Shown: positions 21,873 to 32,543, counted from the first letter of the stretch. The stretch is DNA of 64,000 nucleotides from Prochlorococcus sp. AG-355-N16 (GCA_003278545.1 QCEF01000004.1:27194-91193), one strand, 5' to 3'. The notes: generated by a model not told the origin, from the letters alone. Numbers and translations are program-made.

Positions 21873-23045
21873 TTAAAGATTTACTTCTTCTGGAATTATT
21901 CCCAGTTCAAACAACTTTTTATATAAACCCATCAAAAATTTATTATCCTCAGGTAGTTTTTCCCACTTTTGGGAATTAATTTCATTAATTAATTTTTGAC
22001 AATCTTCTATTGTAAATTTTATAGGTGCCGTAAAATGAGCTGGAATTAAATATTCCATATCTTCAAAAGACTTGATATTTTCTAGCCATTTAAGTAATAC
22101 TTCTTTTGAACGGGGAAAAATTAGTTTTTGTAAAACTGGTGCCACTTGAATCTTAGGAGTATCTTCACCCATTATTTCAACAAGAGATGATTCCCAATCT
22201 TCGTCCCATAAAAAGGGATAAATACCGAAATGAGATCTCCAATTTCTAAGATCTTTTTTGAACGAATACTTAAATATTTCTTTTAAAGGTGGAATATTTA
22301 ATTTACCTGGTTTCAAAAAAGATGAAAATAAGACTAACCTTTTCCAGCCTTTTTTTCTTTGTTCAATGGAGTCAATCAAAGGTTCGTCTCCTCTCTCTCT
22401 AGAATGAAAAAGAAGTGGAGTTGGGTCAAAATTAAATATCTCAGGTGGCGTGGAGTCTATTCCAACTATTGCGTCTGTTACATGGAGAGTTTTCGTAGAA
22501 TAATGGAAACAGCTTATCTCCTGATATCTTCCAAGTCCTAAATCCAGTGGGCCTAATGAAGACCATTTAAATGAGCTCTTATGTGGAGTACCTTCCTCAA
22601 ACAGTATTCTTGATCTTTTTGATGGAATTCCTAAAAAATCTAGTGGAAGATTGATAGGGAAACTCCACTGTCCAGGACAAAGCCAAATTTCTGCATCTTT
22701 AAAAATTCTTGAAAGAGCTGGCAGTCCGATTTTATGTTCTAGTCCGGAGGCGCTTGGGAGAATTATTGTTTTTACTTTGCCGTGAATCGCAATTAATTTT
22801 TCTAACTCCTTTATTAATTCTTTTGTAGGAGGCAGTGGGTTTATCAGCATCAGCCCATTATCAACCTTTATTACCGTCATTCTTATTGGAACAGCAACAT
22901 AATAAAGTCCTTGTATTTGTTCTAAGGACCATATTTGATCAGGAATTAATTCTCTTAATATTGTTTTCTTTTTCCCATAAGGATATAAGGGAAATAATGG
23001 CCACCAATACCAATTTTTATTTAAAGTTTCTTCCACCACTATCAT
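21873..23045 (-). CDS. DUF4336-family protein (metallo-beta-lactamase-like)
   Basis: WWPLFPLYPYG, VPIRMTV, LEHK, PAHF. Confidence 0.85.
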   Translation of the reverse strand: MIVVEETLNKNWYWWPLFPLYPYGKKKTILRELIPDQIWSLEQIQGLYYVAVPIRMTVIKVDNGLMLINPLPPTKELIKELEKLIAIHGKVKTIILPSASGLEHKIGLPALSRIFKDAEIWLCPGQWSFPINLPLDFLGIPSKRSRILFEEGTPHKSSFKWSSLGPLDLGLGRYQEISCFHYSTKTLHVTDAIVGIDSTPPEIFNFDPTPLLFHSRERGDEPLIDSIEQRKKGWKRLVLFSSFLKPGKLNIPPLKEIFKYSFKKDLRNWRSHFGIYPFLWDEDWESSLVEIMGEDTPKIQVAPVLQKLIFPRSKEVLLKWLENIKSFEDMEYLIPAHFTAPIKFTIEDCQKLINEINSQKWEKLPEDNKFLMGLYKKLFELGIIPEEVNL

Positions 23046-23914
23046 TTATAACCAGCAAAAAATTTCTTTAACTTAAATATTCCGTATCTTGGAGCGAATA
23101 AAAAAGCGAATAAAAATATAAAAGTTTGTGCTAAGACAATTGATCCACCTGTTTCAAGATCAAACCAAAAACTAATGTAGATTCCTATTAGACTCGAGAT
23201 AATTGCACTTAATACTGAAATTATTGTCATATTATCAAACTTATCCGTAAGTAAATATGCTGTAGCCCCTGGTGTAATCAACATCGCAACTACCAAAATA
23301 ATTCCAACAGACTGCAAGCCCACAACTGCTGCCAAAGACAAGCACGTGAGGAGTAAATAGTGAAGAAACAATACGTTAATTCCAACTGTTTTTGCATGCC
23401 TAGGATCAAAACAATAAAGCATTAAATCTTTCCTAAAAATTGATAAAAGGATTACTACCAATAAAGAAATGAATATGGTTTGTTTTACATCTGAAAGTGA
23501 TATTCCTAATGGACTGCCAAAAAGGATAGAGTGCAGATCAATATTACTTTTAATCTTAGAAACCAATACAATTCCAAGAGCGAAAAATCCAGTAAATACC
23601 AACCCAATAACAGTATCTTCCTTAACCCTAGATTTCTGCTTAATAAATCCTATCAATGCAACTGAACCAACTCCGAAAATAAATGCCCCTAATGAGAAAG
23701 GAAGACCTAATGCATAAGCAACAACAACACCAGGCATTACTGAATGTGACACTGCATCTCCCATTAAAGCCCATCCTTTAAGAGTTAAATAACTAGATAG
23801 GTAACCACAAACAGCTGCCACTAATGAACTCATAAGAAGTGCTTTTCTCATAAAGTCATGAGTTAAAGGATCCGTTATGAATGAATCTAAAGTTAAAAAA
23901 GAACAGAGCTCCAT
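23042..23914 (-). CDS. mntB: Metal (Mn) ABC transporter permease
   Basis: MGDAVSHSVMPG, EDTVIG, multiple TM helices; last gene of the SBP-ATPase-permease operon. Confidence 0.9.
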   Translation of the reverse strand: MELCSFLTLDSFITDPLTHDFMRKALLMSSLVAAVCGYLSSYLTLKGWALMGDAVSHSVMPGVVVAYALGLPFSLGAFIFGVGSVALIGFIKQKSRVKEDTVIGLVFTGFFALGIVLVSKIKSNIDLHSILFGSPLGISLSDVKQTIFISLLVVILLSIFRKDLMLYCFDPRHAKTVGINVLFLHYLLLTCLSLAAVVGLQSVGIILVVAMLITPGATAYLLTDKFDNMTIISVLSAIISSLIGIYISFWFDLETGGSIVLAQTFIFLFAFLFAPRYGIFKLKKFFAGYK

Positions 23915-23926
23915 TTAATTTAAAAT

Positions 23927-24691
23927 TTAGGATTCAGGTCCAAACAAGAAATCAGGTGAGATTCCTCCAAAAGTAGTTGTAATATTTTCAGGAGTAAAAA
24001 CTTCAGAGGTTTCGCCGTACGCTACAACAGTTTTATTTATTAAAAGAACCAAATCACAAAACTCACGGACATGAATCATATCGTGAGTTGATAATAATAT
24101 AGTTTTCCCCTCATTTTTAAATTGAATAAATAATTCCGAGATAAGTTTTTCAGTTCTTATATCAACACCTGAAAAAGGCTCATCAAGAAGTAATATTGAG
24201 GCCCTTTGCGCAATTGCTCTAGCTAAAAAAGTTCGTTTTCTCTGACCTCCAGATAAGTTTCCAATAGGTGTAGATAAATGATCAGTAAGATCAACTCTCT
24301 CAATAGCATCTTTAACCGCCTGAACATCAGACTCTCTAGGACATCTAAAAATATTCATCGAACCATATCTTCCCATCATCACTACATCCCAAACATTTAT
24401 TGGAAATTGACTATCAATTCCCTCACTCTGAGGAACATAAGCAATTGTCTGATCTTTTTGAGCAGACCTTACAGACTCTCCATTAATTCTAATTTTTCCC
24501 TTTGAAATATTTACAAAGCCAGTTAAAGCATTAAAAAAAGTTGTTTTACCAGCCCCGTTCATCCCTACTAATCCACAAATCTGGCCAGGTTTCAATCTTA
24601 AATTGGCATCATACAAAGCCACCTTACCGTTATAATCTACGCAAATATTTTCTGCATCAATCCTAAAGTTTTGATAATTGATTGATTCCAT
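23927..24691 (-). CDS. mntA: Metal (Mn) ABC transporter ATP-binding subunit
   Basis: GMNGAGKT Walker A, LSGGQ, LLLDEP, THD. Confidence 0.9.
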   Translation of the reverse strand: MESINYQNFRIDAENICVDYNGKVALYDANLRLKPGQICGLVGMNGAGKTTFFNALTGFVNISKGKIRINGESVRSAQKDQTIAYVPQSEGIDSQFPINVWDVVMMGRYGSMNIFRCPRESDVQAVKDAIERVDLTDHLSTPIGNLSGGQRKRTFLARAIAQRASILLLDEPFSGVDIRTEKLISELFIQFKNEGKTILLSTHDMIHVREFCDLVLLINKTVVAYGETSEVFTPENITTTFGGISPDFLFGPES

Positions 24692-24694
24692 AAT

Positions 24695-25594
24695 TCAAAA
24701 AAGCCCTTTTTTAATTAAATCCAAATTATGCTCAAGCATTTTTATATAGGAGCTAGCAGGCCCACTATCATCAGATAATGAATCAACAAAAAGATTTCCT
24801 CCAAAATTAGCCCCAGTTTCGTTTGCAACAATCATTTGAGATTCGTTACTTACAGTACTTTCGCAAAATACAGATGGGACATTTTTTTCTTTAACTAGTG
24901 AAATTGTTCTTGTCATTCTTTTGGGCGTAATTTGACTCTCAGCATTAACTGGCCATAAATAAACTTCCTCTAATGCATAATCATTTGTTAAATACGAAAA
25001 AGCACCTTCACAACTTACTAGATACCTCCTGTCTTTATTTAAGTTATTAATAAATAGTGAGAATTCTTTATCTATTTTAGAGAGTTTATCTTTATATATT
25101 TTTCCATTTTCTTCAAAGAATGTCCTTTTGGATGGCCTCAATTCTGATAAAGAATCCACCAGAATATCTACGTATAGGATCCCTCTTTTTGGAGAAATCC
25201 AGGCATGAGGATTGGGTTTCCCTTTATAAAAATCTTCACTGATAAAAATAGGGTCTAAATCTTCCGCAACAGTAATTCTTTTAACTTTTAAATTAGAAAC
25301 AAATTTTTCAGCCCATAATTCAAATCCAAATCCATTATCAATAAAAACAAAAGCATTAGAGGCATTTACCAAATCGCTCGGAGTTGGTTGGTAGCCGTGA
25401 ACTTCAACTCCAGGTTTCGTTATTGATCTAACAATAAAATCATCTTTAGCAACATTGCTAATTATGTCCGCCAACACAGTGAAACTTGCCAGTATTACTT
25501 CTTTACTTTCATTTTCATTTGATATTCTCTTGCATGAGCCTGAAGTAATAGTTAGCAGAAGTAATAAGCTAAAAAAAAGAATTTTTTTCCTCAT
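24695..25594 (-). CDS. mntC: Metal ABC substrate-binding lipoprotein, Mn-type ligand set
   Basis: Lipobox-like TSGSC; His (VHGYQP), His (PHAW), Glu (CEGAF), Asp (VDSL); no His-rich loop of the Zn-type proteins. Confidence 0.88.
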   Translation of the reverse strand: MRKKILFFSLLLLLTITSGSCKRISNENESKEVILASFTVLADIISNVAKDDFIVRSITKPGVEVHGYQPTPSDLVNASNAFVFIDNGFGFELWAEKFVSNLKVKRITVAEDLDPIFISEDFYKGKPNPHAWISPKRGILYVDILVDSLSELRPSKRTFFEENGKIYKDKLSKIDKEFSLFINNLNKDRRYLVSCEGAFSYLTNDYALEEVYLWPVNAESQITPKRMTRTISLVKEKNVPSVFCESTVSNESQMIVANETGANFGGNLFVDSLSDDSGPASSYIKMLEHNLDLIKKGLF

Positions 25595-25613
25595 ATTTAA
25601 CTTTCAAACTTGA

Positions 25614-26948
25614 TTATGAACTAAAAGATATTTTCATAAGTGGTTTTCTAAGATCAGAAATAAATCCTTGCCAATTTATTTTTTCTTTTTCAAAAGCTTT
25701 TTCAACAATTTTCTCAGAATTTTTCTTTATAAAATCCAAATCAGGTTCTTCTACTCCTTTTGTTATTGCCATAAAATCAGCCAAAGAACTTGATACTACT
25801 CTTGTTAAATAAGCAGCACTGACAGCCTGAAATGTTCCAGAGACAAGCCAATTTGGTCCATGTAATTTTGTTATACCAATTAGAGTTTGTCCACTCCATT
25901 CAATAACTCCCTGAGCAATTGCAGTCTTTAAAATCTCTTTAGAAACTTTGTCTAAAATTTCAGGTGACCAATTACATCCCCATATAGACTTAATTTCTTT
26001 AATCATTAATGAATTTAGTACTGTCATTGCCATAACATCAATTGATGGGATTGGAGATAAGAAAACAGTTGACGCGACAAGAATTTGATTTTTTCTTTGT
26101 ATACTTTTTAACTGCATTCTTCTTATCCCTTCAATTTCAGATTGCCAGGCAACATGAAGTTCTTTCAAAAGCCTTTTTTTTGTATTTTCAATATTTTTAG
26201 ATGAACTTATGAAAAACTTCCTTAACGAAAAAGGTATATTTATTATTTCATTCTTATTCACATCAAAAGTAATAATTTTATTTATGAAGTCACTTGAAAT
26301 TTGCGACTTTAGGTCTTCTATCTGATTTTTGGCTTCTATTTCGTTGGAAGTTAAAGCCACCAACCAGATTGGCATATTTTTAGGAAACTTTTCCAGCCAC
26401 AAAAAATCATTTGCCGACAAAGGCAATTTTAAAAAATACAAGATTGCATCACTCTTCAAAGCTTCTTCTGGAATAACTTGAGAAGAATTGTATTTAGGTA
26501 GTTTTTCATATAAATCAAAGTCAAACTTATCTACTTTAAAATGACTTTTTAAAACAGACTTACAACTTTGATAATCTTTTTGTCCAATGCAACTTATTTT
26601 TTCTTTTTCAAATCTATTAAGAATAGATCCAAGTGTTTTTTGTCTTTTTAAATTCTGTTTTTCTAATTCATTTGTTGCTTCAAGTTCTTCAAAAAAATTT
26701 AAATCTTCATTACATAGATTTATCCAACCATCTAAATTATTTGGCTCATTAAATTTAGGCTTTTCATTCTTCAAGTAAAAATATCCCCCCAAACACAACG
26801 CAAAAAATCCTATTGAGCCTCCTGCAAAATGAATTAGGTCACTGACAAACCATTCCCCAAAACCTAATAATAACAGAATAATAATTAGATTTTTTTTCGG
26901 AAACTTTATGAAATCCTTTAAAAGGTTGTCTTTACTAATATCAAACAC
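25614..26948 (-). CDS. YcjF/DUF697-family protein
   Basis: N-terminal TM helices; C-terminal SPIPSIDVMAMT...LMIKEI...W and AAYLTRVV. Confidence 0.8.
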   Translation of the reverse strand: MFDISKDNLLKDFIKFPKKNLIIILLLLGFGEWFVSDLIHFAGGSIGFFALCLGGYFYLKNEKPKFNEPNNLDGWINLCNEDLNFFEELEATNELEKQNLKRQKTLGSILNRFEKEKISCIGQKDYQSCKSVLKSHFKVDKFDFDLYEKLPKYNSSQVIPEEALKSDAILYFLKLPLSANDFLWLEKFPKNMPIWLVALTSNEIEAKNQIEDLKSQISSDFINKIITFDVNKNEIINIPFSLRKFFISSSKNIENTKKRLLKELHVAWQSEIEGIRRMQLKSIQRKNQILVASTVFLSPIPSIDVMAMTVLNSLMIKEIKSIWGCNWSPEILDKVSKEILKTAIAQGVIEWSGQTLIGITKLHGPNWLVSGTFQAVSAAYLTRVVSSSLADFMAITKGVEEPDLDFIKKNSEKIVEKAFEKEKINWQGFISDLRKPLMKISFSS

Positions 26949-27113
26949 AATATTTTATTTTTCTAATTTTATTTTAATGCAAGTTATGAATGAGAAAAGC
27001 AAAAATTCATAAGTCGTTAATCAAAAGATAAAAAATTAAGGCTTTTCAAAAGACTTATTGCATAACAAGATGCTAAGTTAATAGACTATTTAAATAACTT
27101 AAGAAACATCAAG

Positions 27114-27536
27114 ATGTCTAATTCAAATTTCAGCAATAATCCTGGACAAGAAAATTATAGAGGTCGTTCCAACAATGAAAGATCTAATTCCAGAGATAGA
27201 TCGGGCGGTAGAAGAGATGGAGGAGGTTTCCTCATAAGATTGAGTGATAACGAAATGAAAGCTGTTAAATCAATACAAGAGGTCTTTCAATTAAGATCTA
27301 CCGTTGCAGTTCTGGGTTTCTCTGTTAGAACACTTAGCGAAATGATCAAAGACGAAAAATTGATTGAATCAATCAGAGAATATGCAAAAAATAATAAAAA
27401 CTCTTCTCCGAATAGACAATCACAAAACCCTTATGAAGAAAAGACAAAAACAGTGCCTGACCCTTTTGCAAGACCTGTAAAAAATACATCAACTGAAGAG
27501 ATCCAATCTAGCGAAGTAGAAGAGGATGGAAAATAA
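27114..27536 (+). CDS. Hypothetical protein: R/G/S/N-rich N-terminus plus a putative ribbon-helix-helix domain
   Basis: ATG start with a clear ORF; overlaps the trpS start by 11 bp; FLIRLSDNEMKAV...RSTVAVLGFSVRTL core. Confidence 0.8.
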   Translation: MSNSNFSNNPGQENYRGRSNNERSNSRDRSGGRRDGGGFLIRLSDNEMKAVKSIQEVFQLRSTVAVLGFSVRTLSEMIKDEKLIESIREYAKNNKNSSPNRQSQNPYEEKTKTVPDPFARPVKNTSTEEIQSSEVEEDGK

Positions 27537-28542
27537 AAAAAGAATTCTTTCTGGAGTTCAACCAACTGGTGATTTACATATTGGGAATTGGCTTGGGGCC
27601 ATAAATAATTGGGTTACGCTTCAAGAGCAATATGAAACATTTCTATGTGTAGTTGATTTGCACGCAATCACAGCTTCATATAATCCCAAAGAATTGTCTC
27701 AGAACACTATCTCTACTGCTGCTTTGTATATCTCTTGTGGAATTGATCCCAATATATGCTCAATTTTTGTACAAAGTCAGATTTCGGCACATTCAGAACT
27801 TTGTTGGATATTAAATTGCATGACCCCAATAAATTGGATGGAAAGAATGATTCAATTCAAAGAAAAATCAATACAACAGGGGAATAATGTATCCATTGGA
27901 TTATTTGACTATCCGATCCTAATGGCTGCAGACATTCTTTTATATGATGCTGACTTTGTACCCGTAGGCGAGGATCAAAAACAACATCTTGAACTTGCCA
28001 GAGATATTGCACAACAGAGAATTAATGCCAGATTTAGTAAGGACAAAAATATTTTAAAAATACCTCAACCAATAATCATGAAGAATGGATCAAAAATAAT
28101 GAGTTTAATTGATGGTTCAAAAAAGATGAGCAAAAGTGATCCTAATGAAGGCAGTCGTATTAATTTATTAGATGCTCCTGAAGTAATAACGAAAAAAATA
28201 AAAAGAGCAAAAAGTGACAGTTCTATCGGAATTGAATTTAACAACCCTGAGAGACCAGAATCTAAAAATCTTTTAATGATTTATTCAATATTATCCGGCA
28301 AAGAAATTTCTCAATGTGAGAATGATTTCTCAGAGACTGGATGGGGGACATTTAAAAAATTAATTACAGAACAACTTATTGAATCACTAGAACCTATTCA
28401 AAAAAAATATAAATTATTAATTAATGATCCCTATCAATTAAATAAAATCCTTGATGAAGGGAAGGAAAAAGCTGAAAATTTAGCAAATCAGACTTTAAAA
28501 AGAGTTAAATCAAAATTGGGATTCTTTGAAATGGAGAAATAA
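27526..28542 (+). CDS. trpS: Tryptophan--tRNA ligase
   Basis: SGVQPTG, HIGN, GEDQKQH, KMSKS. Confidence 0.98.
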   Translation: MENKKRILSGVQPTGDLHIGNWLGAINNWVTLQEQYETFLCVVDLHAITASYNPKELSQNTISTAALYISCGIDPNICSIFVQSQISAHSELCWILNCMTPINWMERMIQFKEKSIQQGNNVSIGLFDYPILMAADILLYDADFVPVGEDQKQHLELARDIAQQRINARFSKDKNILKIPQPIIMKNGSKIMSLIDGSKKMSKSDPNEGSRINLLDAPEVITKKIKRAKSDSSIGIEFNNPERPESKNLLMIYSILSGKEISQCENDFSETGWGTFKKLITEQLIESLEPIQKKYKLLINDPYQLNKILDEGKEKAENLANQTLKRVKSKLGFFEMEK

Positions 28543-28545
28543 AAT

Positions 28546-30462
28546 ATGCCAATAATTACCTTACCTGATGGTTCAAAAAAGGTTTTCGAAAAATCTGTAA
28601 CTATTCTAGAAATTGCCCAGACTATAGGATCTGGTTTAGCTAAAGCAACAATTGCTGGGAAAGTAAATGATGTTCTCCTTGATGCAACTATTCCTATAAG
28701 TAGAGATTCCGAAGTTGTAATCATCACATCAAAAGATAAAGAAGGAATTGAAATAATAAGACATTCATTTGCTCACCTTATTGGTCATGCAGTTAAACAA
28801 ATTTACTCTGATATTAAGATGGCGATTGGGCCTGTAATTGAAGATGGTTTTTATTATGATATTTTTTCTGAATACAGATTTACTCCTGAAGATTTAATAA
28901 AAATCGAAAACAGAATAAATAAATTAATAAAAACAAACTATGACGTTGAAATTTTACAAGTTTCAAAAGAAGAGGCAATTAAAACTTTTAAAGAAAGAGA
29001 TGAGACTTTTAAATTACGAATAATTGAAGATATTCCTGAAGAAGGGCTCATAAATCTATACAAACACGAAGAATATATCGATATGTGTAGAGGGCCTCAC
29101 GTACCCAATACTAGACATTTGAGGCATTTTAAATTACTTAAATTATCAGGTTCATACTGGAGAGGGAATAGTGAGAATGAATCATTACAGAGAATATATG
29201 GAACTGCATGGGCAAAAGAAAAGGAACTCAAAGATTATTTAACAAGAATTGAAGAAGCGGAAAAAAGGGATCATAGAAAACTTGGTAAAAAACATTCACT
29301 ATTTCATATACAAGAAGAATCTCCAGGTATGATTTTTTGGCATCCAAATGGATGGACAATTTACCAAGTACTGGAAAAGTACATAAGAGAAATACTCAAA
29401 AAAAATGATTATTTAGAAATTAAAACCCCACAAGCTGTTGATAAATCTCTTTGGGAAAAATCCGGTCATTGGGAAAAATTTAGAGACGATATGTTCACTA
29501 CTGCATCAGAAAATCGTACTTATGCAATTAAACCAATGAATTGTCCATGCCATATACAAGTATTTAATCAAGGTTTAAAAAGTTATAAGGATTTACCTAT
29601 TCGTCTTGCTGAATTTGGTTCTTGTCACAGAAATGAGCCCTCTGGGGCACTGCACGGCTTAATGAGAGTAAGAAACTTCACTCAAGATGATGCACACATA
29701 TTCTGCACAGAAGAGCAAATTCAAGAAGAGGTATCAACTTTTATAGATCTTGTTTTCGAGGTTTATAAAACTTTTGGTTTTGATGAAATCATTATCAAAT
29801 TATCCACCCGTCCTGAAAAAAGGGTAGGTAGTGAAGAGATTTGGGATAAATCAGAGGAGGCTCTTACCAAAGCTCTCGATAATAAGAACCTGCTATGGGA
29901 GCTCCAACCAGGAGAAGGGGCTTTTTATGGTCCAAAAATAGAATTCTCCTTAAAAGATTGTCTCAATAGAGTCTGGCAGTGCGGCACTATTCAGGTTGAT
30001 TTCTCAATGCCTATTAGATTGGATGCAACTTATGTAGATATTTATAATGAGAAAAGAAATCCAGTAATGCTTCACAGAGCAATTTTAGGATCCTTTGAGA
30101 GATTTATCGGAATCTTAATTGAACAATATGAGGCAAAATTCCCAATTTGGCTTGCACCTTATCAAATAATTTTATTAAGCATTACTGATAGAAATATTGA
30201 AAAGTGTTTTAAGTTTAATGAATTAATAAATAACAATGGTTACCGATCAAAAGTTGATGTTAGGAATGAAAAAATAGGATATAAAATAAGAGAGGCAACT
30301 CTCGGCAGAGTTCCCTTAATTGCAGTTATTGGTGATAAAGAAGAGGAAATTGATTCAGTCGCTTTAAGAGCTTTAGATGGAACAAATTTAGGAATTTTCG
30401 ACCTACCTAATCTATTCAAACTAATGAATGAATTAATAGAAAAAAAAGGGAGAACAGAATAA
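28546..30462 (+). CDS. thrS: Threonine--tRNA ligase (TGS-containing, proteobacterial type)
   Basis: [51 protein letters not shown]. Confidence 0.98.
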   Translation: MPIITLPDGSKKVFEKSVTILEIAQTIGSGLAKATIAGKVNDVLLDATIPISRDSEVVIITSKDKEGIEIIRHSFAHLIGHAVKQIYSDIKMAIGPVIEDGFYYDIFSEYRFTPEDLIKIENRINKLIKTNYDVEILQVSKEEAIKTFKERDETFKLRIIEDIPEEGLINLYKHEEYIDMCRGPHVPNTRHLRHFKLLKLSGSYWRGNSENESLQRIYGTAWAKEKELKDYLTRIEEAEKRDHRKLGKKHSLFHIQEESPGMIFWHPNGWTIYQVLEKYIREILKKNDYLEIKTPQAVDKSLWEKSGHWEKFRDDMFTTASENRTYAIKPMNCPCHIQVFNQGLKSYKDLPIRLAEFGSCHRNEPSGALHGLMRVRNFTQDDAHIFCTEEQIQEEVSTFIDLVFEVYKTFGFDEIIIKLSTRPEKRVGSEEIWDKSEEALTKALDNKNLLWELQPGEGAFYGPKIEFSLKDCLNRVWQCGTIQVDFSMPIRLDATYVDIYNEKRNPVMLHRAILGSFERFIGILIEQYEAKFPIWLAPYQIILLSITDRNIEKCFKFNELINNNGYRSKVDVRNEKIGYKIREATLGRVPLIAVIGDKEEEIDSVALRALDGTNLGIFDLPNLFKLMNELIEKKGRTE

Positions 30463-30472
30463 TTTAGAATAG

Positions 30473-31507
30473 ATGAATTTTCTGGCTTGTGATTTAGGAG
30501 GTACCAAGGTTCTATTGGGAATATTCGAAAGAGTAATAAATGATGATTCGCCTAAATTGTTATTCAAAAAGAAATATCTATCTTCTGATTGGGATTCCTT
30601 TGAACTGATTCTAGAAGATTTTCTTAAAAATGAATGCAAAAATATTACCCATCCTTCTTCTGCATGTTTCGCTGTAGCTGGTCCTTTATCTAACAACAAC
30701 GCAAAAATCATGAACTTGTCATGGAATATTTCAGGAAATAAATTAAAAAATAAATTTAAATTTGAACAATGCGAGCTAATTAATGATTTTGCAGTACAAA
30801 TTTATGGAATACCTTTTTTAAAAAAAAATCAATATTCAACTATCCAAAATGGATCCCATTCTGAAGGTCTTAATAATGATTTGCATGCCATTGTTGGAGC
30901 CGGCACTGGTTTGGGCATTGCTAGAGGTCTAATATCAGGAAATAAAGTAAAAGTTCTTGCCAGCGAAGGAGGACACGTTGAATACTCTCCAAAGTCAAAA
31001 TCAGAATGGGAATTAAAAATTTGGCTTAAAAATTACCTAAAAGTTGAAAGAATATCTTGTGAAAGAATTATTAGCGGCACTGGTTTATCAAGAATAGCCG
31101 AATGGAGACTAAGCAAACCTGATGCGCAAAACCATCCTCTACAAGATTATTTAAAAAAAATTAAAATTTTTGATACTGCGAGAAAAGAACTACCTGAAAA
31201 AATTTGTAAACTTTCAAAAGAAGGAGATCAAATAATGATTGAAGTTGAGAGGATTTGGTTAGGCGCTTATGCCTCTTTATTGGGAGATGTTGCTCTTCAA
31301 GAATTATGCTTTGGCGGGTTATGGATTTCTGGAGGAACCGCATCAAAACATTTCAAAAACTTTAAATCAGATTTATTTTTAAAACAATTTTTCGACAAGG
31401 GAAGATTAAAAGATATTCTTAAAACAATACCTATGAAAGTAATTTTAGATGAAGAGTTTGGACTTTTTAGTGCAGCCTGCAGAGCAAAAATGCTTTTAAA
31501 AACTTAA
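30473..31507 (+). CDS. glk: Glucokinase
   Basis: DLGGTK, NDF, GAGTGLG, SEGGH, ERIISG. Confidence 0.94.
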   Translation: MNFLACDLGGTKVLLGIFERVINDDSPKLLFKKKYLSSDWDSFELILEDFLKNECKNITHPSSACFAVAGPLSNNNAKIMNLSWNISGNKLKNKFKFEQCELINDFAVQIYGIPFLKKNQYSTIQNGSHSEGLNNDLHAIVGAGTGLGIARGLISGNKVKVLASEGGHVEYSPKSKSEWELKIWLKNYLKVERISCERIISGTGLSRIAEWRLSKPDAQNHPLQDYLKKIKIFDTARKELPEKICKLSKEGDQIMIEVERIWLGAYASLLGDVALQELCFGGLWISGGTASKHFKNFKSDLFLKQFFDKGRLKDILKTIPMKVILDEEFGLFSAACRAKMLLKT

Positions 31508-31516
31508 AAACAAAAA

Positions 31517-32464
31517 ATGTCTATTCCTGAAGTAGGTAAAAAAATACGGGTAACAGTGCCTTCCACAACTGCCAATTTAGGGCCTGGATTCGATTGCCTT
31601 GGAGCAGCATTAGATTTATATAATGAGTTTATTTTTACAAGAATTGACGGTGGTGGAGACAGATTTGATTTAATAATGGAAAGTACAGATGGTAATCATT
31701 TAAGAGGAGGTCCTGAAAACTTAGTTTTTAGAGCAGCTCAGAAAGTTTGGGAGAGCGCAAATATGGATCCTTTTGCACTTGAAGCAAGAGTTAAGTTAGC
31801 AGTGCCACCTGCACGCGGGCTTGGAAGTAGCGCTACAGCAATAGTTGCTGGATTAATCGGAGCAAATGCAATAATGAACTCTCCATTGCCCAAAGAAAAA
31901 CTCCTTGAACTTGCAATTGATATAGAAGGTCATCCTGATAATGTAGTTCCCTCTCTTCTGGGTGGGCTTTGCTTGACAGCCAGGTCTTCTTGTCAAAGAT
32001 GGAGAATCATTAGATGTGATTGGCACGATTCAATTAAAGCTGTTGTAGCAATACCTGCAATTCGTTTAAGCACAAGTGAAGCAAGAAAGGTTATGCCCAA
32101 GAATGTACCCATATCTGATGCAGTTACAAATATGGGGGCACTTACTTTGTTACTAAACGGCTTAAAAGCAGGTAATGCGGAACTTATAAAAGAGGGAATG
32201 TTTGATAAGTTACATGAACCCTACAGATGGAAACTCATTAAGGGTGGATTAGAAGTTAAAGATGCTGCACTAAATGCAGGCGCTCTAGGTTGTGCAATCA
32301 GTGGGGCAGGGCCAAGTATCTTAGCTTTGTGTAAAAAAGAAAATGGTAAAAACGTCAGTCAAGCCATGGTGAAAGCATGGGAGAAGTCTGGTGTAGCTAG
32401 CAGAGCACCGTTCTTAAACGTCCAAACAACAGGAAGTCAATTTAGCACTATATCTGGTAAGTAG
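31517..32464 (+). CDS. thrB: Homoserine kinase
   Basis: TANLGPGFD, PPARGLGSSA, EGHPDN, ISGAGPS. Confidence 0.97.
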   Translation: MSIPEVGKKIRVTVPSTTANLGPGFDCLGAALDLYNEFIFTRIDGGGDRFDLIMESTDGNHLRGGPENLVFRAAQKVWESANMDPFALEARVKLAVPPARGLGSSATAIVAGLIGANAIMNSPLPKEKLLELAIDIEGHPDNVVPSLLGGLCLTARSSCQRWRIIRCDWHDSIKAVVAIPAIRLSTSEARKVMPKNVPISDAVTNMGALTLLLNGLKAGNAELIKEGMFDKLHEPYRWKLIKGGLEVKDAALNAGALGCAISGAGPSILALCKKENGKNVSQAMVKAWEKSGVASRAPFLNVQTTGSQFSTISGK

Positions 32465-32543
32465 TTTTACTTAGGCATTTTTAATGTTATAGTCTCAAGC
32501 TAGTACAACTTCAACTAGAATAAAAAAATTATTCATTACATAA

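Noticed and set aside
32457-32470. GTA-N8-TAC (NtcA-like) upstream of ndhD
   Set aside because: Spacing to the likely extended -10 (TGTTATAGT, 32485-32493) is 17 nt rather than 22-23, the flanks are non-consensus, it overlaps the thrB stop codon, and the 6-base motif is common by chance
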